A DNA stretch of 58,059 nt, taken from the IMG/VR virus record IMGVR_UViG_3300020591_000001, positions 1 through 58,059 of that record. The stretch is one strand, 5' to 3'. Shown here in pieces: positions 1 to 9,147 of the stretch. The translations under genes and the position numbers were made by a program. A model generated the notes under the pieces. It worked only from the letters and a program-made list of their open reading frames with translations, was not told the DNA's origin and searched no databases. Positions within the stretch are counted from its first letter, which is position 1. Each line of letters begins with the position of its first letter. Source of the DNA: a virus. Lineage: Duplodnaviria; Caudoviricetes.

Positions 1-127
1 GAAGGCGTTCTTCGCCGAGCACAACGACAACCCGCCGTTCGACGTGGCGAAGCGGTTCTTCACCTCTCTCGGCGACGACGTGGACACCTCCAAGCCGCGC
101 GAGGTTCGCGCCTACATGCACACGGTC
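1..127. repeat. Terminal overlap identical to 57933-58059 (circular assembly overlap)
   Basis: Exact 127-nt identity between the two ends. It falls inside one ORF that runs from ATG 57850 across the junction to 676. Confidence 0.95.
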
Positions 128-676
128 GGCAAGTTCCAGCGCGCCTGGATCAAGGCGCACCCGAACGGGCTCGGCGGCGGCAGCTTCGGCACTGGGAGCC
201 CGGAGGTTTCGATCTCCGTGGTCTCGATCCCGGCGGGCAGTTCGCTGGCCGACGTGCTGGACAAGGTGTTCGGCGACGGCACGAGCGTGCCCGACGCGGC
301 TGACCTCATGAAGATCGTCCGCGAGATGCTGATGAACGATCCGAACTACCGTGCCGGGGTCGAGCGCGCTCGCGAGCTGAACCGGGAGGCGGGATACTGC
401 CTCGCCTGCGGCGGCGGCCTGGACGAGGATGGCGCGTGCGACGGAACCGGCGACGAGGACTGGGACGGCAGGCCGGAGACGGCCAAGGGCAACCCGGCGA
501 ACCGGGTTTCGGAAACCCTCACCCGTGAGCAGAAGATCGCCAAGGTGACGCAGCTCCGCGCCCGACTCGATCAGCTCCTGGCTGAGTACAAGGAGCTGCG
601 GGCCCAATCGCCCGAGGCGCAGGCGCAGCTCTCGGAGATCGTCGCCGAGATCGAAGCCCTGGAGAAGAGCCTGTGA
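2..676 (+). CDS. 3' part of a hypothetical protein starting at ATG 57850 (about 252 aa); Cys cluster and C-terminal coiled coil
   Basis: Frame is continuous from 57850 (MGFIGNVKEAVKDA...) through the overlap. Contains CLACGG...C and an RLDQLLAEYKELR coiled coil. Confidence 0.8.
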   Translation, partial: KAFFAEHNDNPPFDVAKRFFTSLGDDVDTSKPREVRAYMHTVGKFQRAWIKAHPNGLGGGSFGTGSPEVSISVVSIPAGSSLADVLDKVFGDGTSVPDAADLMKIVREMLMNDPNYRAGVERARELNREAGYCLACGGGLDEDGACDGTGDEDWDGRPETAKGNPANRVSETLTREQKIAKVTQLRARLDQLLAEYKELRAQSPEAQAQLSEIVAEIEALEKSL

Positions 677-1356
677 GCGCCGCGCCGAGCACCCCGAGCA
701 CGAGGCTTCGCGAGCGCTGGCCGGACAACCAGACCTTCCCCGGCGAGACGAAGGAAAACGCGCTTCGCAGGCGTGTGAAGATGCACGAGTTCCTGATGAC
801 GGGGGGCGTGCAGATCGGATTCGATCCGGCCACCAAGCGCGCGCTCTACTCCGGGCCGGTCGATCCGGCCACCACTCCCGAGTGCCCGTGGCACCCCAAC
901 CACCCCGGCCTCGCTCCGTGCAGCGCGTGGGAGGAGATCAAGGCCGGGCGCGGTTCGGGTGAGGTTGTCAGCCCCACTCTGGCCGAACTTCGCAATCGCA
1001 CCCCCGAGGAACTTCGGGACGCGCGCGAGCGCATCCGGGTGGCTCGCGACCAGGCTGAGGGCGTCTTCGAGCAGACGCGGAACGTGCCCGGCGAAGACCC
1101 GCGCACCGAGCGGCCCGCGACCAAGCCCGCGCCGCGGGTGAGCCTGACCAAGCCCAGCAACAAGATGGCCTGGTACGACAACGACACGGCCATGAAACAG
1201 GAGGCCGATCGCAGCCACGGCTACACCGACCAGCCGGACTTCGACCACCTGGAGGACGCCCGCGACACGGCGGTGGCGAGTCTCGGTGAAGAGGTTCCCG
1301 ACGAGATCATTATCGACGGCGACGAGGACGACGAGGAGGGGGGCGAGGGCATCTAA
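673..1356 (+). CDS. Hypothetical protein with acidic C-terminus
   Basis: 227-aa ORF, GTGA overlap with the upstream stop, phage-like codon use. Confidence 0.75.
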   Translation: MSAAPSTPSTRLRERWPDNQTFPGETKENALRRRVKMHEFLMTGGVQIGFDPATKRALYSGPVDPATTPECPWHPNHPGLAPCSAWEEIKAGRGSGEVVSPTLAELRNRTPEELRDARERIRVARDQAEGVFEQTRNVPGEDPRTERPATKPAPRVSLTKPSNKMAWYDNDTAMKQEADRSHGYTDQPDFDHLEDARDTAVASLGEEVPDEIIIDGDEDDEEGGEGI

Positions 1357-1568
1357 TGGAGTACGCAGGCTACGTCGTGGCGGTCGGGATCATCCTGGTC
1401 GCCGCGGCCCTCGCGATTCGCGACAAGATCACCGAGCACCGCGATCGCAAGCAACAGATCACCGCAATCACGGCGGTGCTGAATCTCGGGCTCTCTGACA
1501 ACACGACGCGCCTGGCGATCAAGGCGATCATCGAGAACCCGGTTTCGGAAACCAGGGCCCGCCGGTAA
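1356..1568 (+). CDS. Small membrane protein
   Basis: N-terminal hydrophobic helix YVVAVGIILVAAALAI; TAATG coupling. Confidence 0.7.
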   Translation: MEYAGYVVAVGIILVAAALAIRDKITEHRDRKQQITAITAVLNLGLSDNTTRLAIKAIIENPVSETRARR

Positions 1569-1623
1569 CCCCGGCATCGGGTAACATACCCATATATCCA
1601 GATATCTAGAAAGGACTAACACC

Positions 1624-2328
1624 ATGCGCAAGCAGGACATCATCATCACGACCCCCAAGAAGAGCACGATCTACGCCTACGGCACCGCCACCCCGACGAC
1701 GCCGGACGTTTTCGCCGACCTGGACAACTGGAAGGCCAAGACCTACGTCCCTGCCTACGTGCTGGACGTGAAGGAGTCGGGCCACGCCCTCATCCTGGTG
1801 GCGGAGAAGCACCCCGACTCCCGCTACGCCAAGGGTGACAACTACGGTCGCAAGCCGCAGGCCACCGTTCTCGACGCCCTCGACTACAGCCTGGCCGACT
1901 ACGAGGCGCGTCAGGAGGTTCTGCGCCGGTTCTCCCACTGGCCGCTGAACGACGAGCAGCGAGAGGAGCGCGAGGCGGCGCTGGCCGAGTTGAAGCCGCT
2001 CCCCGAGCGGTGGGAGGTCAAGATGGTGCGCACGAGCACGATCCGGATGCTCTGGGCCGAGTACCAGGAGCGGCTGGAGGCCGCGATCGGCGCTCGCGCG
2101 CTGAGGCGGGCGAAGGAGCAGGAGGAGCGTGACGCCAACCGCCTCCGCAAGACCATCGCGATCCAGCGCATCGCCGACTTGAAGATCGGCCTGAGCAAGA
2201 AGCAGGTCAAGGAGGCCGCAGACCAGCGCTGGGTGAACGACAAGACCATCGTTCTGCCGGTCGAGCTGTTCGAGAAGCTGCTGACGCTGGCCGAGGCGGC
2301 CCGCGAGGACGCGAAGGGGCAGGCGTGA
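1624..2328 (+). CDS. Hypothetical protein
   Basis: 234-aa ORF preceded by an AGAAAGGA RBS. Confidence 0.8.
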   Translation: MRKQDIIITTPKKSTIYAYGTATPTTPDVFADLDNWKAKTYVPAYVLDVKESGHALILVAEKHPDSRYAKGDNYGRKPQATVLDALDYSLADYEARQEVLRRFSHWPLNDEQREEREAALAELKPLPERWEVKMVRTSTIRMLWAEYQERLEAAIGARALRRAKEQEERDANRLRKTIAIQRIADLKIGLSKKQVKEAADQRWVNDKTIVLPVELFEKLLTLAEAAREDAKGQA

Positions 2329-2495
2329 TGTACGGCGACGACTACGACTACGAGCCCCACTACAGCGATCAGGATCGATTCTTGGACGAGGTCGATCGAG
2401 CCTACGCCGCCAAGAAGGATCAGGACGCCGAGGACTACTTCGACCGCCTCGCCGAGAAGGCCGACGAAGCGCGCAAGAGAGAGAAGGGAGAGTGA
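2328..2495 (+). CDS. Small acidic hypothetical protein (55 aa, not in the ORF track)
   Basis: TGATG coupling; translates as MYGDDYDYEPHYSDQDRFLDEVDRAY...KGE*. Confidence 0.65.
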   Translation: MYGDDYDYEPHYSDQDRFLDEVDRAYAAKKDQDAEDYFDRLAEKADEARKREKGE

Positions 2496-2555
2496 GCGGA
2501 GCCGGGGTTTCGGAAACCTAGGCCATTGGCATGTGGCCACGTATCGAGGAGGTAA

Positions 2556-2780
2556 GTGATGGAGCACGATCCGTTTGAGCCGTTGAATTGGCAGGTTGTT
2601 GAAGTGACGAAGGGCGATAAGCGCTGGTGGGAAGTGCGAGCCCAGGGAAGTTCTCTGGTCGTGTCTAACTCCATGACCGGTGGGGCGTGGCGGTTCCGAA
2701 GCGAGCGTTCCGCCATTCGCTGTCGAGACAAGCGGAACGCGGAGGCGCGAGAGCGTCGAACGGAAAGAGTCGTGGAATGA
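2556..2780 (+). CDS. Hypothetical protein
   Basis: GAGGAGG RBS upstream; 74 aa. Confidence 0.65.
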   Translation: MMEHDPFEPLNWQVVEVTKGDKRWWEVRAQGSSLVVSNSMTGGAWRFRSERSAIRCRDKRNAEARERRTERVVE

Positions 2781-2886
2781 AACGGAGGAGCGCCTGAGAG
2801 GGGGGTGGTCGGGGGTTTCAGAAACCGTTACAACGCAGTAAGATAATCAAGCCACATATCCATAAAACAGAAAGGAAACAATCCAT

Positions 2887-4014
2887 ATGAAGAAGATCAT
2901 CAGCGCGAGCCTCACGGCTGCGCTCCTCGGTAGCGGGCTCGTGCTCGCCACCGCGCTGCCCGCGAGCGCAGCAACCGTGCCCGCAGAGTTCTGCGCGCCC
3001 GTCTACGAGACGCAGCCGAACCCGGACTACATCCCCGAGGTGCCGGAGGTCTCGCACGTCGAGACGGTCGTCATCACCCCGGAGGTGCCGGAGGTCAGCC
3101 ACACCGAGTACCTGTGGAAGAGCTGGAACTGGGACACGTTCAAGTTCGACTACCGATGGTCGGTGAGCAACCCCGGAACGTGGTGGGTGAAGACCGGCGA
3201 CACCAAGACGGTGATCGACGTGCCCTACCAGCCCGCCGTGACCGAGGAGGTCGTCGTCATCGACGTGCCCTACCAGCCTGCCGTCGGCGAGCCGACGATC
3301 CAGGTGCAGACGGGCGAGCACTGCGAGGTCTGGGTGACGTGGGAGACGACGTTCCTCGTTGACAACCCGAAGAACGACCAGGATGTCACCTGGCCGCAGT
3401 CGTTCATCGGGTTCGGCAAGATCGCGCCCGTCTGCGACCAGCAGGTTCAGCAGGATCGCTACGTCGGCAGCCGTGAGGTGATCGACGCGATCCTCGCCGA
3501 CGACAAGCTCGACGGCAATCCCCCAGAGGACTCGGGGGTCGTGAAGGAGTGGCTGCTCGTTGACGGTGGCGAGTGTGCGCCCGCGCCGTTCGAGCCGGAT
3601 GTCGTCGTCACCTACGGCGAGTTCGGCGGAGCCGAGCCCACCTGCGAGACGCCCGAAGTGACATGGACGCGCGAGCGCACCACCGTCACCACCCCGTACA
3701 TCGTGGTCGGCGACCCCCACAGCGGGTGGTCGCAGGTGCTCGACGTGGAGAACGCCGTCACCGTGACGGAGGCGGACGAGGAGACCCTCGTTGTCGAGCA
3801 CGACGGCGACTGCGAACTGACGCCGGTCGAGGAGCCGGAGGAGCCGGTCGAGGAGCCGGAGGAGCCGGTTTCCGAAACCGCACCCCCGAGCGACAAGCTG
3901 GCCTACACCGGAGCCAGTGGTGACAGCGGGCTGTTCACCGCCCTCGCGCTGAGCCTTCTGGTCGTCGGTGGCGGCTTCGTCGCCTTCGCGGCGCGGCGCA
4001 AGCAGCACCAGTAG
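2887..4014 (+). CDS. Secreted, sortase-anchored (LAxTG) cell-surface protein
   Basis: Sec signal (MKKII...ALPASA), Pro/Glu/Val repeats, C-terminal LAYTG followed by a hydrophobic helix and basic tail RRKQHQ. Confidence 0.85.
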   Translation: MKKIISASLTAALLGSGLVLATALPASAATVPAEFCAPVYETQPNPDYIPEVPEVSHVETVVITPEVPEVSHTEYLWKSWNWDTFKFDYRWSVSNPGTWWVKTGDTKTVIDVPYQPAVTEEVVVIDVPYQPAVGEPTIQVQTGEHCEVWVTWETTFLVDNPKNDQDVTWPQSFIGFGKIAPVCDQQVQQDRYVGSREVIDAILADDKLDGNPPEDSGVVKEWLLVDGGECAPAPFEPDVVVTYGEFGGAEPTCETPEVTWTRERTTVTTPYIVVGDPHSGWSQVLDVENAVTVTEADEETLVVEHDGDCELTPVEEPEEPVEEPEEPVSETAPPSDKLAYTGASGDSGLFTALALSLLVVGGGFVAFAARRKQHQ

Positions 4015-4028
4015 TATCCATCTAGACC

Positions 4029-4070
4029 CCAGAGGGGGCGGGACCGGCCTCCCGCCCCCTCTGGCTTTAT
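4029..4070 (+). terminator. Intrinsic terminator-like hairpin
   Basis: CCAGAGGGGGCGGGA / TCCCGCCCCCTCTGG 15-bp stem followed by CTTTAT. Confidence 0.75.
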
Positions 4071-4087
4071 CACGAGAGGACTTCATC

Positions 4088-4678
4088 ATGTCGAAGACGT
4101 TGGGCAACATCGCCTGGATAGACGTTGAGACCGACGGGTTGAAGACCCGCGGCGGTCACCTTCTGGAGGTCGCGTGCCTGGTCACCGACCCCGACCTCAA
4201 CATCTTGGACGAGGCTGGCTACGAGGCCATCGTCCACTACGCCGAGCCGACCGTGCGCCTCATCCGAGAGCGCGCTGACCCCTTCGTTCAGCAGATGCAC
4301 GACAAGACCGGGCTCTGGGCGGAGCTGAGCCGCAAGGAGGCGAAGCCGCTCACCCAGATCGACGCCGAGCTGTTCAAGTACCTGCGCCAGTTCGGTCGCA
4401 CCCGCACGATGCCGCTGGGCGGCAACAGCGTCCGGCTCGACTTCAACTTCGTGGAGGAGTTCCTGCCGAAGACCTACAACCACCTCGACTACCACATGAT
4501 CGACGTGAGCACCGTCGCCGGGCTGGCGCACCGCTGGTACCCCGAGATCGAGCGGATCGAGAAGCGCTCCGACCACACCGCGATGGTGGACATCCGCGAG
4601 TCGATCCGAGAGCTGGCCTACTACCGCGAGCGAGCGTTCCGAGCCCCATCCGGGCCGGTCCGAGGAGAGAGCGAATGA
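4088..4678 (+). CDS. orn: Oligoribonuclease (DEDDh 3'-5' exonuclease)
   Basis: Orn signature blocks: WIDVETDGL, LEVACLVTD, MHDKTGL, GNSVRLD, IDVSTV, HTAMVDIRESIRELAYYR. Start placed after the GAGAGGA RBS. Confidence 0.9.
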   Translation: MSKTLGNIAWIDVETDGLKTRGGHLLEVACLVTDPDLNILDEAGYEAIVHYAEPTVRLIRERADPFVQQMHDKTGLWAELSRKEAKPLTQIDAELFKYLRQFGRTRTMPLGGNSVRLDFNFVEEFLPKTYNHLDYHMIDVSTVAGLAHRWYPEIERIEKRSDHTAMVDIRESIRELAYYRERAFRAPSGPVRGESE

Positions 4679-5097
4679 CCGAGCCCACCTGGCGCACTTC
4701 GACAACGTGCAGCCACCTCAACAGCGAGGTCTGCCCGACCTGTGATTTCGATCGCTACTACGCGACGGCCTACCCCGAGACGTGCCCGTGGGCCGTTTCG
4801 CAGGACTCAGAAGAGGCCGACCCGGCGAGCCCGCGCACTGAGCCGATCGCCCTGATCCAAACTCCGAGCAAGGCGACGGCCCACTACCCGAACGTCGGGC
4901 CGAGGGTCGAGGGTGCCCGCGTCCTCGCCGCCGATGTTTCACGTGAAACGGGACTCCCCAACCCTAGGGAGCTGCGTCGTGGTACTCGGCTCGACCGACT
5001 CGATCGCGGGCTGTGGGTCGCGAGCCTGGTCACGGCGGGCAGCGTGGGCGCGGCGGTCGTGTGGGCTCTGATCGCCGAGCCGATGGGGTGGTTGTGA
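4675..5097 (+). CDS. Hypothetical membrane protein with N-terminal Cys/His cluster
   Basis: ATGA overlap; CSH...CPTC; C-terminal hydrophobic helix. Confidence 0.65.
   Translation: MTEPTWRTSTTCSHLNSEVCPTCDFDRYYATAYPETCPWAVSQDSEEADPASPRTEPIALIQTPSKATAHYPNVGPRVEGARVLAADVSRETGLPNPRELRRGTRLDRLDRGLWVASLVTAGSVGAAVVWALIAEPMGWL
4935..4950. promoter_or_regulatory. parS-like site
   Basis: TGTTTCACGTGAAACG matches the bacterial parS consensus TGTTTCACGTGAAACA at 15/16 positions, with a perfect 14-bp core. Confidence 0.7.
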
Positions 5098-5420
5098 TGG
5101 GTCGCAAGCGCCGCGCGCCGCACAACATCTTCCGCGACGGGAAGGTGCATGTGCTGAGCGAGGAGTGCAAGACCTGCATCTTCAATCCGCACACGCGCCC
5201 GGTCGCCGGAGCCCGCGTGGCAGGCATGGTGCGCGACACGATGAGCACCGACGGTTCCACGGTGGTCTGCCACTCCACGCTCTACGAGCCCGAGGGCGCG
5301 CCGAAGGAGAACGCGGTCTGCCGCGGCTGGTACGACCGGCTCGCCGACCGTGATCCGATCTTCCGACTGGCGCAGGTGATGGGCGTGATCGAAGAGGTGC
5401 CGCCCCCGCCGAAGCTCTAG
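5097..5420 (+). CDS. Cys-rich hypothetical protein
   Basis: TGATG coupling at 5097; CKTC, CH and CRGW motifs. Confidence 0.7.
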   Translation: MGRKRRAPHNIFRDGKVHVLSEECKTCIFNPHTRPVAGARVAGMVRDTMSTDGSTVVCHSTLYEPEGAPKENAVCRGWYDRLADRDPIFRLAQVMGVIEEVPPPPKL

Positions 5421-5488
5421 GGGTTTCCGAAACCACAACCTCATATACAGCAATACATACATTCCCCAGAAAGGGCTATACTTAGATC

Positions 5489-5680
5489 ATGGACTACAGC
5501 GAGATCGAGCTTGCCGAGCGCAAGCCCGGACAGCACGCCTGGGATGCGGGGGCGGCTCGGTGCTTCTGTGGGCACCCGGTCGCCAATCACCACTCCGAGA
5601 CCGACGAATCGAGGTCCTGGTTCGGCGTCGGCCACGACACGCCGACCTGGATCGTGTGCGACGCGCCGGGGTGCGACTGA
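5489..5680 (+). CDS. Small putative Zn-binding protein
   Basis: CFCGH...H...C..C; TATACT hexamer 6 nt before the ATG. Confidence 0.6.
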   Translation: MDYSEIELAERKPGQHAWDAGAARCFCGHPVANHHSETDESRSWFGVGHDTPTWIVCDAPGCD

Positions 5681-5961
5681 TGAGCGTCAACCTCCTCGGC
5701 CCCAAGAAGCTCGCCCGCATCGAAGCGATCGTCGGCGAGAAGCTGGACCGCGTCTGCCTCAACAGCCACCACATGAGGCGCAAGACTCGTCCGCGCGTCT
5801 ATTGGTTCTACACCGCAGACGGGCTCCGCTGCGGAACCTACTCACCCGATACCGGGGAGTGGAGCATTCGCGATATGACCGACGACGAGATCAAGACCGA
5901 AGCCTGGAAGCGTGAGCAGCGAGAGCGAGAGCGAGAGCGAGAGCGAGAGCGAGAGCTGTGA
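5680..5961 (+). CDS. Hypothetical protein with (RE)n tail
   Basis: TGATG coupling; begins MSVNLLGPKK. Confidence 0.65.
   Translation: MSVNLLGPKKLARIEAIVGEKLDRVCLNSHHMRRKTRPRVYWFYTADGLRCGTYSPDTGEWSIRDMTDDEIKTEAWKREQREREREREREREL
5919..5956. repeat. (GCGAGA)6 microsatellite
   Basis: Read directly; encodes RERERE just before the helicase start. Confidence 0.9.
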
Positions 5962-7634
5962 GAATCTTCTACCCCGGCCACCCCGACATCCCCGCAGGAC
6001 TCCAGCCCAACGGCAAGCCCTGGCCCGTGCTGCGGCTCGACCAGTTGGAGGCGATCTACAAGATCAAGCGCGCCGTCGCCGACGGTGTCAAGGTTCCAGG
6101 GATCAAGGAGCCCTATCACTCGGCTCTCGTGGGTGCGGGCATGGGCTCCGGCAAGACCGTTGTGTCCGTCGAGGTCATCCTGCACACCGCTCCCGAGCGG
6201 TGCCTGATCGTGGGCGTGCGCGACGCCTACAAGCAGTGGGCCGAGGCGCTGCGCGACCAGCAGCACGCGGGCAACCTCACCGGCCCTGGGGCGGCCTTCG
6301 GCCAGAAGCGAAAGCTGCATCGCATCGACAAGACCGCCGACGGGATGAAGAACCTGGCGCATCTGGTGAACGGCGATCCCGGCATCTACTACGTGGGCCT
6401 GGAGATGCTGCGAGCCCAGGACTGGGAGACGGTTTCGGAAACCGTCAAGACAGACCCCGCGCTGAAGGCGATCCTCGGCGACGACATCGAAGACGAGATC
6501 GAGATCAAGACCAAGCGCCAGCTCCGCACCTACGCGAATATGCCCGAGCTGGACTTGCTGATCTCCGACGAGAGCCACAAGCACTCCAACCAGAAGAGCG
6601 CATCCATCCAGACCATCCGCACTATCCCGACTCGCGCCAAGGTCGCCCTGAGCGGCACGTTCTTCGGCAACAAGTTCGAGAACGCCTGGTCTCTCACGGT
6701 GTGGCTGTGGGGCAAGGAGGTCGTCGGCAGTAAGGGCGCGTGGGAGGCGCGCTGGGCGATCAAGACGCCGGTCATGAGCAAGGACGGCAAGAAGCAACTC
6801 ACCTCTCGCAACGGGTTCCCGCTGTCGAAGATCACTGGCGAGCGTGAGCCTGGCGAGTTCGTAGAGTCGCTGCCGTGCTACGTCTTCATCGCGACACCGA
6901 TCGGAGACGTGCCAGAGCCGGAGATCGTCAAGATCGATCTGCATCCCGAGCAGCAGCGCCAGTACGAGGAGATGGAGAGCCAGAGCCTCACCTGGATTCC
7001 TTCAACCCGCGAGCGAGAAGAGCCGCTGGTCGCTGACCTGCCGATCACCCAGCGCATCCGGCTGCGCACGGCGGCACTCGGCGGCATGACGCTGGTGCCC
7101 GGCAAGGATGAGGACGACCCCGACTCGATCACCTTCGCCCCCGGAACGCCCTCCAGCACGCTGCGAGCCGCGTATGACGTGTTGCATCGCCCGAGCTGGG
7201 TAGGGAAGAAGGCGCTGATCCTGACGCACTCCAAGCCGTTCGCGATCGAGGCTGCACGCCGAATCGGGCAGAAGTACAGCGTCGCGTTGAAGACGGGCGA
7301 CACTAAGCCGAAGGACTGGGATGACCAGAAGGCGCGCTTCATGCTGCCGGTTTCGGAAACCAACTCGATCCAGTATCTCGTCGCCGTCATCAGCGCTGTC
7401 GGCACCGCAACCGACGGGCTCCAGGCGAACTGCGCGAAGGTGCTGTGGCTGAGCGAGGACGAGAACAACGTCAACAACATCCAGGGCTCCAATCGCATCT
7501 GGCGTGACGGAGTTGATCTGGACGAGTACGAGAGCGTGAAGATCGTCCAGCGCGGCACGATCGCTGAGGGCATCCTGACGAAGAACCGAGCGCACAAGGC
7601 ACATACGATGGACAGCGTAGCTGGACAGAGATAG
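5958..7634 (+). CDS. Superfamily 2 (SNF2-like) DNA helicase
   Basis: Walker A GMGSGKT, motif II DESH, motif III LSGT, C-terminal DGLQ...QGSNRIWR. Confidence 0.88.
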   Translation: MRIFYPGHPDIPAGLQPNGKPWPVLRLDQLEAIYKIKRAVADGVKVPGIKEPYHSALVGAGMGSGKTVVSVEVILHTAPERCLIVGVRDAYKQWAEALRDQQHAGNLTGPGAAFGQKRKLHRIDKTADGMKNLAHLVNGDPGIYYVGLEMLRAQDWETVSETVKTDPALKAILGDDIEDEIEIKTKRQLRTYANMPELDLLISDESHKHSNQKSASIQTIRTIPTRAKVALSGTFFGNKFENAWSLTVWLWGKEVVGSKGAWEARWAIKTPVMSKDGKKQLTSRNGFPLSKITGEREPGEFVESLPCYVFIATPIGDVPEPEIVKIDLHPEQQRQYEEMESQSLTWIPSTREREEPLVADLPITQRIRLRTAALGGMTLVPGKDEDDPDSITFAPGTPSSTLRAAYDVLHRPSWVGKKALILTHSKPFAIEAARRIGQKYSVALKTGDTKPKDWDDQKARFMLPVSETNSIQYLVAVISAVGTATDGLQANCAKVLWLSEDENNVNNIQGSNRIWRDGVDLDEYESVKIVQRGTIAEGILTKNRAHKAHTMDSVAGQR

Positions 7635-7677
7635 ATAACCCTAGTAATATCAAGCCATATCCAAAGAAAGGAACATT

Positions 7678-8043
7678 ATGAGCAACGCAGAAATGGCCGC
7701 GGCCCTGCCCGACCCCGGCGCAGGGCGGTGGTGGAAGGTCGAACTGGTCAAGAACGTCCAGAAGAACCCCATCAAGATCACCCTCATGGAGGAAGCTGTC
7801 GCCGGGCGTCGCGCGCTCTCGACCGCGCTGGCCTTCGGGCGCACCATCGCCGCGCCGTCCAAGGTGGCCGAGGCCGCCGACATGGTGCTGGCGCAAGTCG
7901 GCGAATACGCCAAGGTCATCGGTGAGTACCCGCTGGCCCCGAGCGCAGAGAGGGTGGCGCGGGACCCGAGAGGGGTATCGGCAATGCCGGACCTGCCGAA
8001 ATCAGCCGGTGGTCTGCATCGAATGCGGGAAGTCAATGCATAG
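7678..8043 (+). CDS. Hypothetical protein
   Basis: AGAAAGGA RBS; 121 aa. Confidence 0.7.
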   Translation: MSNAEMAAALPDPGAGRWWKVELVKNVQKNPIKITLMEEAVAGRRALSTALAFGRTIAAPSKVAEAADMVLAQVGEYAKVIGEYPLAPSAERVARDPRGVSAMPDLPKSAGGLHRMREVNA

Positions 8044-8075
8044 GGAATCGATCAAGAGACATGAGAGGTTGATGC

Positions 8076-8360
8076 ATGGACGGTAAGGAGCGGTTGGAAG
8101 CCGCCGCCGAGGAGAAGTACCCGGAACATCGGTTCGAAGGGGGCAAGAGCTATGTGCGCGCTCGCGAGCGTGCCGCCTACATCCAGGGTCGTCTGGATCA
8201 GGCCGAAGCCGACGCGCGGATCGCGGAGGGGTACAGCGAGGAGGCTATGGCGCTGTGTAACGATTCCCTCGACCCCGAGTCGTGGATCGGGATGCAGTAC
8301 CACGGGATGCACCACGGGGCGGCTGATGTCGCTATCCGAATCAGGAAGGGAGTCGAGTGA
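8076..8360 (+). CDS. Hypothetical protein
   Basis: GAGAGG RBS; part of a coupled gene run. Confidence 0.7.
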   Translation: MDGKERLEAAAEEKYPEHRFEGGKSYVRARERAAYIQGRLDQAEADARIAEGYSEEAMALCNDSLDPESWIGMQYHGMHHGAADVAIRIRKGVE

Positions 8361-8656
8361 TGCTAGAGCGAAGCTCTATCTCGCCGCAGGCGAGGAGCAA
8401 GGCACAGCAGGCCGCCGAGGAGCGGTATCGCCACATCGAAGATCGCACGTTCGTGACCGAAATCGCGGTCAAGGCAACGCTCCGACAGGCCTTCCTCGAA
8501 GGCTGGAAGGCCGCTCTCCCCGAGACCCCTGACCCCGCCGTGATCGAAGCGATGGCGAAGGCGATCGACCCTCACGCCCTGGAAATTTTGGTCTACGACT
8601 GGCCCTCGGGCGTCGCCCGTGCTGCGTATGCGGCGCTGAGAGGAGCAATGCAGTGA
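8357..8656 (+). CDS. Hypothetical protein
   Basis: Overlapping start/stop codons with both neighbours. Confidence 0.7.
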   Translation: MMLERSSISPQARSKAQQAAEERYRHIEDRTFVTEIAVKATLRQAFLEGWKAALPETPDPAVIEAMAKAIDPHALEILVYDWPSGVARAAYAALRGAMQ

Positions 8657-9147
8657 TGGACGACGTAACACAGAACCCCGTGGACGAGGCCGCCGACGGC
8701 TGGAGCACGGGATTCCGCAACCCCGGCATCTGGCCTGAACTCGCTCGCGATCAGCAGGCTGCGATGGATGCGACCATCGAGGCCGCGATTCGGTACGGCG
8801 CTCAGCGCGCCCTCGAAGCCGCCCAGCGTCCCCCGGTTAGCCCTGAGGTGCGGGAGGAGCTGGCAACGACGAAGGTGCCCATCATCTATCCGGGCGGAAC
8901 GCGCATGGTCGATCTGGGGTACCCGGTGGCCGACGCCCTCCTCGCCAGGTTCTCGTTCCCGTCGCAGCCCGTCTACGACGAGGAGGCCATCGCGAAATGG
9001 CTGTGCTCACAATCCTGTGCTCGGGTTGACGGGTCATGCTGGCGGGTTGGAACGAGTGCCGAAAGGGATGAACATAGAGCGGACGCCGCTGCTCTCGTTG
9101 CTGCTTTGCAGAGCGGGGAACTGACCCGAGAGGAGACGAACGAATGA
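8653..9147 (+). CDS. Hypothetical protein, paralog of 9317..10210
   Basis: Shares blocks MMDD.TQ..VDEA, LEAAQRPPV, SPEVR.EL, ADALLARFS and ALVAAL with 9317..10210. Confidence 0.75.
   Translation: MMDDVTQNPVDEAADGWSTGFRNPGIWPELARDQQAAMDATIEAAIRYGAQRALEAAQRPPVSPEVREELATTKVPIIYPGGTRMVDLGYPVADALLARFSFPSQPVYDEEAIAKWLCSQSCARVDGSCWRVGTSAERDEHRADAAALVAALQSGELTREETNE

Noticed and set aside
5919-5956. Phase-variation switch at (GCGAGA)6
   Set aside because: A 6-bp unit keeps the reading frame and lies upstream of the helicase start, so slippage would only change the length of the RE tail.
6431-6443. VSET as a conserved protein motif shared by many proteins
   Set aside because: The same DNA palindrome also occurs in other frames and in intergenic DNA, so the peptide is a by-product.
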